Source: a virus
Length of the DNA stretch: 64,000 nt
Strand: one strand, 5' to 3'
Virus record (IMG/VR): IMGVR_UViG_3300005366_000002
Coordinates: 1-64,000 of that record
Under the pieces are notes generated by a model that saw nothing but the letters and a program-made list of their open reading frames with translations, searched no databases and was not told where the DNA came from. Numbering within the stretch: position 1 is the first letter of the stretch; every line of letters begins with the position of its first letter. The translations under genes were made by a program, and so were the position numbers. This document shows, one piece after another, positions 7,580 to 15,889 of the stretch.

Positions 7580-9145
7580 CTAGTAGGTGATGAGCTTGAA
7601 GCGCGGGCGCGTCGCCGCAACGTAGAGGCACCTGAACGACTCACGCTCATTGTGGTTCGCCAGGATGTCCGCCTGATCGACGAACACGTTGTCGAGCGTC
7701 GTGCCCTGGAGACGATGCACCGTCATGGCGTAGCCGTGCCTGATGTCGTGGAACTTGTTCTTCAGCTCCCAGAACTTGGACCACAGCATCTTCCTGACGT
7801 GCGGGTTCTTCTCCAGCGAGGCCTTGCGGTTCCGCTTATTCAGGATCTCGTTGAGCGACGACGGGTCTTCAGGGACGTAGAGGGTCAGCCACGAGTCGTG
7901 CAACGTGATCGCACGCGCGTCGACAATCCCCTCATCGAACTCGAAGCGACGCTCCGTGATCGCCTTGATCTGGAACTCCTCGTCGACGAACGCGAGGATC
8001 TGACCCTGCTCGCCAATGACAGGCGAGGCCATCATGATCATGTCGCCCTCGTCGAACTCACCCTTGAAGCCAAGGGCTTTGCGGATCACCCGCGTGTACT
8101 CGTCGACCGTCCGGTTGCGCCAGCACGCTACCTTGGTCGTCTTCCAGTCGTCGAGCTTCATGCTCTCGATGGCCCGCATGAACGCAGGCTTGCCGATCAC
8201 GAACACGCCTTCACGACCATCGTTGTCAGCCTCGATCGGGCTGCGCGGGTACCGCTTGTCGACCAGGCACTCACGCAACGTGATCGACAGCTGGAGCAAC
8301 TGGTTGTCGAAGCGCATGACTTCGGTGAGCAGTGCGCGGTCTTCGGGCTCCGGGAAGCCCCACACGATGGACCGCGGTTCCTTCACAGGGTTCAACTGCG
8401 CAGGGTCGCCGACGAACAGGCAGCGCCATCCGAACTCCTCGCAGATGTTCTTGAGGATCTCGGCCATGAACTTGGGGATCATGCCTGCTTCGTCGATCAC
8501 GAGGACCGGCTTGTTCCCCAGGTCAGGGATGCGCTTCATCTCCCCGAGCTCGGTCTTGTCCTCGTTGGTGACCATGCGGAGGCCCAGCAGGCTGTACGTG
8601 GTCTTGCAGGTCGAGCCGAGGAACGCGGACAGGACCTTGGTGGCCTTGTTGGTCGGCGCCGAGAAGTGGAAGTTATAGCCCAGCTCGGCAATCTCCTGGA
8701 GCAGGAAGCTCTTGCCGGTGCCAGCGTAGCCGCGCAGCGTCATGAACGGGCGATCCGAGGACAGCCAGGCCACGATCTTGTCGTAGGCACGGCGCTGGCT
8801 CTTCGTCATCTTCGGACGCTCGGCCTTCTTGACCTCAGGAACCTCGTCCACGTCCTCGTCAGCGGTTGCCATGGCCTTGCCGACCATCTCCTTGACGGCC
8901 AGCTTGACCTCAGGTGTCAGCTTCTGCGCGCGCTCGTCGCCGAGGCCTGGCAGCTCGTTGTCCCAGATCTCGATGAAGCGATCGAGTTGGGCAGACCAGG
9001 CGTGGCGGATCTCTTTGAAGCCTTGGCCTTTGTTGGCCCGCTCGAAGATCACGCACTCGATCAACGCGATCATGTCGTCGAGGTTTTTCTCCTCGTAGAG
9101 CCTGAGGATCAAGTCCAACAGCGCTCGTGGTTCACGATGGCTCAT
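7580..9145 (-). CDS. dda: Dda/RecD-like SF1B DNA helicase
   Basis: GYAGTGKS, APTNKA, IDEAGM, VGDPAQLNPV, YAMTVHRLQGTT, LYVAATRP; start ATG 9145 overlaps the upstream stop. Confidence 0.9.
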   Translation of the reverse strand: MSHREPRALLDLILRLYEEKNLDDMIALIECVIFERANKGQGFKEIRHAWSAQLDRFIEIWDNELPGLGDERAQKLTPEVKLAVKEMVGKAMATADEDVDEVPEVKKAERPKMTKSQRRAYDKIVAWLSSDRPFMTLRGYAGTGKSFLLQEIAELGYNFHFSAPTNKATKVLSAFLGSTCKTTYSLLGLRMVTNEDKTELGEMKRIPDLGNKPVLVIDEAGMIPKFMAEILKNICEEFGWRCLFVGDPAQLNPVKEPRSIVWGFPEPEDRALLTEVMRFDNQLLQLSITLRECLVDKRYPRSPIEADNDGREGVFVIGKPAFMRAIESMKLDDWKTTKVACWRNRTVDEYTRVIRKALGFKGEFDEGDMIMMASPVIGEQGQILAFVDEEFQIKAITERRFEFDEGIVDARAITLHDSWLTLYVPEDPSSLNEILNKRNRKASLEKNPHVRKMLWSKFWELKNKFHDIRHGYAMTVHRLQGTTLDNVFVDQADILANHNERESFRCLYVAATRPRFKLITY

Positions 9146-9705
9146 ACCTCGAAGTTCTCGCGCGTTGGGTTGATGTGGATGGCTCCGTAGACTGGCATGC
9201 ACGTCGCTTTCGCGAGTTGCAGGGGCTGCCAGCCGTAGCCGCAGACGATGATCGGAGTACCAGGCCACCGATGCCAAAGCTCACGCACCTTTTCCAGTTG
9301 AACGTTGGTGGACTGCGCACCAAGGTTGGTCACAACGGTCAAGGTCGGTGGATCTTCACGCCTCTTGGCTGGCACCTCGAACTCTGCCGTGTACCGCTTG
9401 AGTTCGTCGTGATACGAAGCAAACCAGAGCACATCGTGTTGGGGATTCTGCTTCACGTGTTGCTCCACGAGCCAAGCCGCTGCATATTCAGCACGGAGTT
9501 GTTCGTAGGCGGTGAGGATCACCGAGTTCGCGTGAAGAGCTCCACCAGGACGACCCCAGTTCTCAAGGGTCTCCAGTTGACGCTCAGCAGTGATCTTGCC
9601 AGCATCAGCCGGTCGCCATTTGAACTCCGGCTGCCTGAACACAGAGCCGGGAACCGCGTAGCGAACTGCGTGGCGGTCCACACGCACGTTGATTGTGTCT
9701 ACCAT
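9142..9705 (-). CDS. Hypothetical protein between two helicases
   Basis: Translationally coupled to the Dda-like gene; AGGA RBS. Confidence 0.7.
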   Translation of the reverse strand: MVDTINVRVDRHAVRYAVPGSVFRQPEFKWRPADAGKITAERQLETLENWGRPGGALHANSVILTAYEQLRAEYAAAWLVEQHVKQNPQHDVLWFASYHDELKRYTAEFEVPAKRREDPPTLTVVTNLGAQSTNVQLEKVRELWHRWPGTPIIVCGYGWQPLQLAKATCMPVYGAIHINPTRENFEV

Positions 9706-9712
9706 GATCTTC

Positions 9713-11872
9713 CTATTTACCGTTGAGGCGAGCCTTCTTCTGCAAGGCCTCGAAGGCTTTCTTGTGCTTGGCGACAGTCGCCTGCACCCTCGCGGAGTCC
9801 GGACTTGCTTTGAGGCGAGACTCTGCTGTGATGAGTCGCTTGCGCAACTTCTCGAGTTCGTCCCGGTACTGAGGGTCGTACTTGGTCAGCGCGGCCCGCG
9901 TGCCCTCACGCTGGCGAACTACTTGATCTTCGGTGCGAGTAGTCTTGATGTGATGGAACACAGCGAGCTTGGCGCGCCGATGGATCTTGAAACCGTCGAC
10001 ACCTATCTTCGAAGCCAGGAGCTCAGCGGAGGCCTCGTAAGGCACGATCATCAGCACAGGTTCAGTAGCCTTTGGATCACGCAGACTGGTCCGGTACAAC
10101 GTCTGCACCAGGTTCTCGATCGAGTGGTCTTGGTCGATGTCGTAGTCGGGAATCAGAATGTGGTAGACGCTGACCAGCGATGGCCCTGGGTTGAGGGCCG
10201 CCAGGTGCGTGAACGCATTGAGACGATCGTACTTGTTGATCCCGTGCAGGTGTGGCGTCCTCGGCACCGTGAACACAGAGTCGTCCGAGTTCGCGTAGAG
10301 CGCGTACTTCAGCTTCTTCCGCCACAGTTCTGGTACCAACTTGGCGTCCAGGTCGTGCTCACCGTCGTTGAGGTCAGAGTCACTCTTGTCACCACGGAGC
10401 GCCACGTCCCCATGAGCGAGGATGAACCGAACCATGCGCAGATAGCGGACAGACGAAGGGGCCCATCGACGATACGATGCGACGTTGAGAGCCAGAAGAG
10501 ATCGTTGCTTCTCGTTGATCCTCCCCTCCCAGTTCCGGAAGATCGTCGCCGCTTCATCAAGGAGTACCCACAGCGGAGGGATAGCCCACTGGCGAAGCTG
10601 GTTGACCACGCGTTCGTCTTTGGCGATCTTGGTCTTCTTGTCTTCAGTGGCCAGCGCGCGAATCACCTGGTCAATGGACAATGCAGGGTTGATCTCCTCT
10701 TCGATCAGCTCGTGAGCCAGCTTGATCGGGATCACCATGCCCTTGTCGAGCAGGTTGGAGCTCAGCGTGTTCCGGTACGCAGGGTTCACGTTGCCGTAGA
10801 ACTCGTCGCGGAGCAACATCGCGACTTCGATGCGCTCACCTGCGGCGACACGCAGCCTCTCAGACCGGCGTTTGATCTTGAGGAGCGCACCTTTCAGCTC
10901 ACGACCTTCCAACAAAGGCGTCAGCTTGTGACCGTCCTTGTGAAGGAAGTGGTACATCTGCGAGTCCTGGAAGAACGCAGAGGTCAAGATCACCCGCCGG
11001 TAGTTCTCGAAGAGCGACGTCGGCCGCATCACTACCTGGATCGAGATGTTGCCCATGCCCTCCACGTCCTGATACTCCGCACGAGGATCGCTGGAGCTCA
11101 GGATGTAGAGGCTGCCGCGACCAGTGCGCGTGTACTTGTTGAACAGGCGAAGCATGCCCTTCATGTGCTCCGGAAGGAGCGAACGACGAGCCAGCGTGAG
11201 CCCGTGGACCTTGCAAAGGTCGCGAGGACTCATCAACGATTCGACCTTGAAGAGCTTGAAGCGACTGGCCCGCTCACGTGTGTCCTCCACAGGACTGACC
11301 TTGAGGCAGGTCCACATCGACTTCCACTGGTCGCGCGGCACCTTCAGCTCCTGCGAGTGGAGCACGCACTTGCGCGCCTCGTCGAAGATGACGGTCATCC
11401 GCTTGAGCAGCTTGAAGTCACGACCGGTCGCGTCCTGCCGGTTCAGCCGGACGAACGATTCGTGGGTCGTCATCACGACCTGCCCGTCCTCGAGTTCGTG
11501 GGTGCAGTCGTGCGAGAACTCAGCGCGGTAGGTCGTGGCAAGGTAGCGATCACGAGGGATCAGGCCGAACAGGTAGTTGAGGGCCGTCGCAGGCTGATCA
11601 CGTCGAACCTTGTAGCCAGTCTTCGAGAGAGCTGAACCGAGTTCGAACGGATTGCTGACGATCACGACCTTGGATGCCTGCTCAGTTCCGATCACTCGGG
11701 CGATGCGACGGAACGCTTCTGCGAGTAGCTTGGTCGTCGGAGCCACGTAGACCAGAATTCCCTTCCGGTTCTCTGTGATCTGTTTGGCTGCCTTCTGCAC
11801 GAAGTACTCAGTCTTCCCTGCACCCGGCATGGCGTCTATGAACGCAAACTCACGTGTGTTGTGTGTATCCAT
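9713..11872 (-). CDS. SF2-type helicase, putative origin-binding/initiator protein
   Basis: AMPGAGKT Walker A, YVAPT, TTHES, FDEAR, QTLYRTSLR motif VI-like; adjacent to the origin-like region. Confidence 0.7.
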   Translation of the reverse strand: MDTHNTREFAFIDAMPGAGKTEYFVQKAAKQITENRKGILVYVAPTTKLLAEAFRRIARVIGTEQASKVVIVSNPFELGSALSKTGYKVRRDQPATALNYLFGLIPRDRYLATTYRAEFSHDCTHELEDGQVVMTTHESFVRLNRQDATGRDFKLLKRMTVIFDEARKCVLHSQELKVPRDQWKSMWTCLKVSPVEDTRERASRFKLFKVESLMSPRDLCKVHGLTLARRSLLPEHMKGMLRLFNKYTRTGRGSLYILSSSDPRAEYQDVEGMGNISIQVVMRPTSLFENYRRVILTSAFFQDSQMYHFLHKDGHKLTPLLEGRELKGALLKIKRRSERLRVAAGERIEVAMLLRDEFYGNVNPAYRNTLSSNLLDKGMVIPIKLAHELIEEEINPALSIDQVIRALATEDKKTKIAKDERVVNQLRQWAIPPLWVLLDEAATIFRNWEGRINEKQRSLLALNVASYRRWAPSSVRYLRMVRFILAHGDVALRGDKSDSDLNDGEHDLDAKLVPELWRKKLKYALYANSDDSVFTVPRTPHLHGINKYDRLNAFTHLAALNPGPSLVSVYHILIPDYDIDQDHSIENLVQTLYRTSLRDPKATEPVLMIVPYEASAELLASKIGVDGFKIHRRAKLAVFHHIKTTRTEDQVVRQREGTRAALTKYDPQYRDELEKLRKRLITAESRLKASPDSARVQATVAKHKKAFEALQKKARLNGK

Positions 11873-11881
11873 GATACGCGG

Positions 11882-11888
11882 TATTTAC
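11882..11888 (-). promoter_or_regulatory. GTAAATA phage promoter motif
   Basis: About 10 bp upstream of the helicase start; motif recurs across the window. Confidence 0.6.
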
Positions 11889-12239
11889 AGTATTCCGTGG
11901 GCTGCTCAGACAAGACAAACCGTATGGTTGAATTAGCATTAAAGAGAGAAGTAACCATACGGTTTTGCCGTCGGCAACGCAGACGGTAATCACCTCTCAG
12001 TTCATGCATCAGGGTGGGAAGCGCGAAGCGCGCGTCGACAGGCGCGAAGCGCCGGGCGACAGCTAGAACATCAACCCTTCTCCCGAAGCGGGAAGAGAAG
12101 CTGACGATTCCGAGGCTCACGAGAGCGAGAGGCGAAGCCGGTTTGGTGCGAGCCGGACGAAAAACGGTTTGGTGCGACCGTGTGGGTACTTGCCTCTTAC
12201 TTACCGAAGTAGCCACACGGTTTGGCTGAACCGTGAACC

Positions 12240-12246
12240 GTAAATA
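12240..12246 (+). promoter_or_regulatory. GTAAATA phage promoter motif
   Basis: AACCGTAAATA upstream of CDS 12288. Confidence 0.6.
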
Positions 12247-12287
12247 GGTCGGACAGATTTCCAACCCCCACACATGAGGTACTGACA

Positions 12288-12929
12288 GTGGACAACAAGA
12301 CGGCCCGCAAGGCCATGAACAAGCCCGTGATGGCCGCCGACTTCGTGATCGACGCGATGATCGTCGACGAGGACGGCGTGGTCATCGACAAGCTCCCGGA
12401 GTTCGCAAGCTCGATCACCCGCTGGCGCTTCGCCGAGCAGACCAGCCCCTTCGAGGAAGACGACACGTCCGGCGAGGACTTCTCGTTCGACGAGGATGAC
12501 GACACGCTGGGTCCCAACGAGGACTCCGACGGTTCGGAGCTGGTGCCGCCGGAAGAGAGCACACTCGAGGCTCCGGACGAGGACATCGCCGAGGAGCGCG
12601 TGCTCATCCTCGAGCACGAGGTGACGGCCGCTGCCTTCAAGGAGCTGTTCAAGAAGGTCTACGAGGATCGCGAGAGCACGAACATGCTGGCGGTCGTCAT
12701 CACCTACTTCGTGATGGAGGACTCGCAGCGCCTCGACGTGTTCTCGCACGTGTTCGTCGGCACCTCGTTCACTCCGGACGAGGTCTCCGGCTCCCGCGGT
12801 GCTCGAGGCCGCCTGCTCGTCCGCACCTGCATCGACCCGTTCAAGGTCCAGACGTTCAACAGCGGTGCGGCCGACAAGGCCATCAAGGACCTGATGCGCG
12901 AAGACACGGCGAGCACGGAGGTCCACTGA
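12288..12929 (+). CDS. Hypothetical acidic protein
   Basis: GTG start with GAGG RBS; coupled to the sbcD-like gene. Confidence 0.8.
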   Translation: MDNKTARKAMNKPVMAADFVIDAMIVDEDGVVIDKLPEFASSITRWRFAEQTSPFEEDDTSGEDFSFDEDDDTLGPNEDSDGSELVPPEESTLEAPDEDIAEERVLILEHEVTAAAFKELFKKVYEDRESTNMLAVVITYFVMEDSQRLDVFSHVFVGTSFTPDEVSGSRGARGRLLVRTCIDPFKVQTFNSGAADKAIKDLMREDTASTEVH

Positions 12930-13969
12930 TGAGCCGAGCCCTCCCGGAGCTCGTCGGCATCGGCGACCTCCACCTGACGGACAGCGCGGGCAAGGGCGGG
13001 CTCAGCGCGTACATCGAGGATCACGACGATCACGTGGCCCAGCTCGTGATCGACCAGCCGCTGGCCTATGCGCGCCGCAAGGGCATCCGCCACATCCTGC
13101 TCTACGGCGATCTCTGCGAGAATCCGCGCATGAGCTACGCTGGGCACCTGGCGCTGGGCCGCATCCTCAGTGAGCCGTTCAACGCGAAGACCGGTGAGCT
13201 GTTCGAGTTCCACATCATCCTCGGCAACCACGACATGTTCGACGTGGAGCCGTCGGCGGGTCACTCCATGGACCTGGTGAAGCTGTGGGGCCGGCCGAAC
13301 GTGAAGCTCTACGAGAAGCCGACGAACGTGAAGGTCGCAGGGCTTCCCGTGCGGTTCCTCCCGTTCCCGCACCAGTCGTTCCATCCCACGGCGCTCAACG
13401 TGGCGCACGTGGACGTCGCTGGGTCCAAGACGGACAGCGGTCGCCTCAACGAAGGCGAGCACCTCAGCGCTTCCAAGGCGACGTGCGTGATCGGCCACAT
13501 CCACACGTCGCAGCGCGTGCGGAACTCGCACTACTCCGGCACGCTCTACCAGACCAATTTCGGTGAGAGCATGGAGAAGTTCTTCCACCACATCTCGTTC
13601 GACGACGGATGGGTGATCGAGAAAGTGCCGGTCAAGCCCACGTACCGCCTGCACACGGTCACCGTCGAATCTGCGGCAGACCTGAAGGGCGTGCCGTCCG
13701 GCAAGCACGATCTGGTAAAGCTGATCCTAGTGACCTCGAAGGTCAAGAGCGTGGACTACCAGCACCTCAACGTGGTCAAGACGGTGCCGGTCAAGAACAG
13801 CGCGGAAGCCGTGCTGGCTCAATTCGAGGAGATCGGCGAAGGTCAGCAGATCGAGATCAGCCCGACCGAGTTCTTCAACGAGTGGGTCGACCGCCAGACC
13901 CGCCCTGACCCACTGAAGAAGGCAGCGAAGAAGCTGCGTCACCGCCTACTGCAAGGAGTTGCCAAGTGA
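12929..13969 (+). CDS. SbcD/Mre11/gp47-like metallophosphoesterase nuclease
   Basis: GDLH, GDL, GNHD, AH, GHIH motifs; YSGTLYQTNFGE. Confidence 0.88.
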   Translation: MSRALPELVGIGDLHLTDSAGKGGLSAYIEDHDDHVAQLVIDQPLAYARRKGIRHILLYGDLCENPRMSYAGHLALGRILSEPFNAKTGELFEFHIILGNHDMFDVEPSAGHSMDLVKLWGRPNVKLYEKPTNVKVAGLPVRFLPFPHQSFHPTALNVAHVDVAGSKTDSGRLNEGEHLSASKATCVIGHIHTSQRVRNSHYSGTLYQTNFGESMEKFFHHISFDDGWVIEKVPVKPTYRLHTVTVESAADLKGVPSGKHDLVKLILVTSKVKSVDYQHLNVVKTVPVKNSAEAVLAQFEEIGEGQQIEISPTEFFNEWVDRQTRPDPLKKAAKKLRHRLLQGVAK

Positions 13970-14220
13970 TCACCTCTACCTCCACGCTCGAGATCAACCA
14001 GGTCATCTGGATGGTTGCCATTCGACGCCACAACCCGGCGTCGATCAATCCTCCGGTGGAGCGCGTGCGGATCGTTGTCGTTCCGAAGGAGGACGAGTCC
14101 TCGCTGTGGGTCGTCGACGACAACGGTCGCGACTTCAGTGTCGATCGCGAGCGACTGTTCATGACCTGGACCGAGGCTGCCAGGTTCGTCACCAACGAGA
14201 TCGAGAACGGGAGAATGTGA
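13966..14220 (+). CDS. Hypothetical protein
   Basis: GTGA overlap with upstream gene. Confidence 0.65.
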   Translation: MITSTSTLEINQVIWMVAIRRHNPASINPPVERVRIVVVPKEDESSLWVVDDNGRDFSVDRERLFMTWTEAARFVTNEIENGRM

Positions 14221-14546
14221 TGCGCGCCCTCTTCATGGCCTCCAACCTGTACCCCTGCGCCCGCATCTGGGTCACGGACGAGAAGCGTAAGCGGACCTAC
14301 AAGGTTCACCAGGCCTCGGACCCTCAGGTCCCGGACTACGTGTCGGTCGGGCACGCGTTCCCTTCCCCAGAGGAAGCGGCGTCGCTGACGATGGCGATGC
14401 TGCTGGCCCGTCACAAGAAGCTGATGGACGAGGCAGAAGTCGTCGAAGCCCAGATGCTGAAGACCGTCGAGGCCATGCGTGCGGCCCGCAAGCAGATCGA
14501 GGACGATGCTGCCCAAGGGCTTGACCAGTCCCAGCGGATGAACTGA
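14220..14546 (+). CDS. Hypothetical protein
   Basis: TGATG coupling; start reassigned to 14220. Confidence 0.65.
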   Translation: MRALFMASNLYPCARIWVTDEKRKRTYKVHQASDPQVPDYVSVGHAFPSPEEAASLTMAMLLARHKKLMDEAEVVEAQMLKTVEAMRAARKQIEDDAAQGLDQSQRMN

Positions 14547-14548
14547 CC

Positions 14549-14929
14549 ATGCTCGAGTACCCCTACCCATTCGGGGACAACGTGCCCCAAGCCGGTGTGA
14601 CCTCGCTGGGTCTCCCTTGCGAGTGCAACTGCCACAAGATGCCTGGCGTACTCCACGTCATGGCCTGCTGCCAACTACCCATCAAGGAGCTCCGTGTGAC
14701 CCCCACCAACATCCCCGTCGTCTACCCCTTCCTCTGCGGCTCCGAGTCCCGTCCTATCGGGACCTGGTTGGGTTTCCCTACCAAGGAGAAAGCCGAGGCC
14801 CACAAGGTCATGATGGACAGCAAGATCGACACCTACGACATGGAGGGCGGCGGTGGTTGGGACCGTGCGACCTGGCCGTCCCGTCCCCAGCCGTGGGTCG
14901 TCCTGCCGAACCCGGAGTTCAAGGCATGA
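14549..14929 (+). CDS. Hypothetical Cys-containing protein
   Basis: CECNCH...CC; packed in operon. Confidence 0.6.
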   Translation: MLEYPYPFGDNVPQAGVTSLGLPCECNCHKMPGVLHVMACCQLPIKELRVTPTNIPVVYPFLCGSESRPIGTWLGFPTKEKAEAHKVMMDSKIDTYDMEGGGGWDRATWPSRPQPWVVLPNPEFKA

Positions 14930-15123
14930 ACGACCCGGTCTTCACCACGAGGGTCGCCGACCTGCTTCACCTGCTGGAACACGCGGAGATCAAGTGCCCA
15001 TCTCCCGGCGATGCCGAGCAGGCCCAGAGGATCATGCAGCGGCTCCGCGACGACCTCAAGCGTACCAATACCTTCGGCGGCAGCGGTCAGACGGCACTGC
15101 CGACAGCACCAAGGGTCAACTGA
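14926..15123 (+). CDS. Hypothetical protein
   Basis: ATGA overlap. Confidence 0.55.
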   Translation: MNDPVFTTRVADLLHLLEHAEIKCPSPGDAEQAQRIMQRLRDDLKRTNTFGGSGQTALPTAPRVN

Positions 15124-15317
15124 TGCCCACCGTACAACCCACCCACACCAAAGCCGAAGAGATCACGGCAGTCCCAGGTAGCTGGCGATTCCGTGCGCTT
15201 CACGACCACCACGCCTATCTGTCGATCATGGCCACCACGCCGACGCTGCTCGCGCCGCTGTTGGTCTACGCCAGGGCGCCCTCGTACTCAAGCATCAGGG
15301 AGACCAATCGTGGCTGA
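15123..15317 (+). CDS. Hypothetical protein
   Basis: TGATG coupling. Confidence 0.5.
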   Translation: MPTVQPTHTKAEEITAVPGSWRFRALHDHHAYLSIMATTPTLLAPLLVYARAPSYSSIRETNRG

Positions 15318-15597
15318 CAGCAAGAAGCTCACCGAAGGCCAGAACTACTTCATGAGTGGTGAGTGGCCCTCGACTGCTGTCCGCTTCATCAGCGAGTCGG
15401 CCAAGGGCTGCCTGACCCGACGGATCAGCGACGGTCGCGTGGCCTTCGTAGAGCGGCTGGTCCTCCACGAGACTCGTCGTGCTGCCGACGAGCAGACCAT
15501 CAAGGACCTCGAGGCCAGACTCGCCAACTTCCGCGAACGTGTCGATGAGCTGGTCCTTGAGATCGAGCACGTGAAGGCCAACAAGGGCTTGAGCTAA
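15310..15597 (+). CDS. Hypothetical protein
   Basis: GTG start with GGAG RBS. Confidence 0.6.
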   Translation: MADSKKLTEGQNYFMSGEWPSTAVRFISESAKGCLTRRISDGRVAFVERLVLHETRRAADEQTIKDLEARLANFRERVDELVLEIEHVKANKGLS

Positions 15598-15607
15598 AGG
15601 AGAGACC

Positions 15608-15868
15608 ATGCCGTTCTGCATTGCGATCAAAGCCGAGATCGTTGCCGCCACCTGCCCTCTCCAGAAGGGCAAGTGCTACTGGCAGCATCGACGCACCCAC
15701 GTCTGCACCTACACGGAGCAGGAGATGGACAGCCGCGAGTTCGCGCTCCATGTGGGCATGTCCAACTACCCCACGACGGACCAGGTCGGGCGCTACCTGG
15801 TCCGCCTTCGTGACGAGCTGAAGAAGCCTCTGCTGCCCTCTGCTGAGCCGGTGTCGAACGGTAAATAG
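15608..15868 (+). CDS. Hypothetical Cys-containing protein
   Basis: AAGGAG RBS. Confidence 0.7.
   Translation: MPFCIAIKAEIVAATCPLQKGKCYWQHRRTHVCTYTEQEMDSREFALHVGMSNYPTTDQVGRYLVRLRDELKKPLLPSAEPVSNGK
15861..15867 (+). promoter_or_regulatory. GTAAATA phage promoter motif
   Basis: AACGGTAAATA just upstream of the DNA polymerase gene. Confidence 0.6.
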
Positions 15869-15889
15869 ACGGGACACTAGAGGAACCCC

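Larger units (their letters stand above)
11873..12287. other. Candidate replication origin and divergent promoter region
   Basis: 13-bp perfect inverted repeat (11917-11929/11953-11965) around an AT-rich spacer; CGGTTTGG repeats; GC-GAA-GC hairpins; coding strand switches here. Confidence 0.6.

Noticed and set aside
11836-12273. ORFs across the divergent intergenic region
   Set aside because: No RBS and atypical codon usage; the region is better explained by repeats and promoter motifs.
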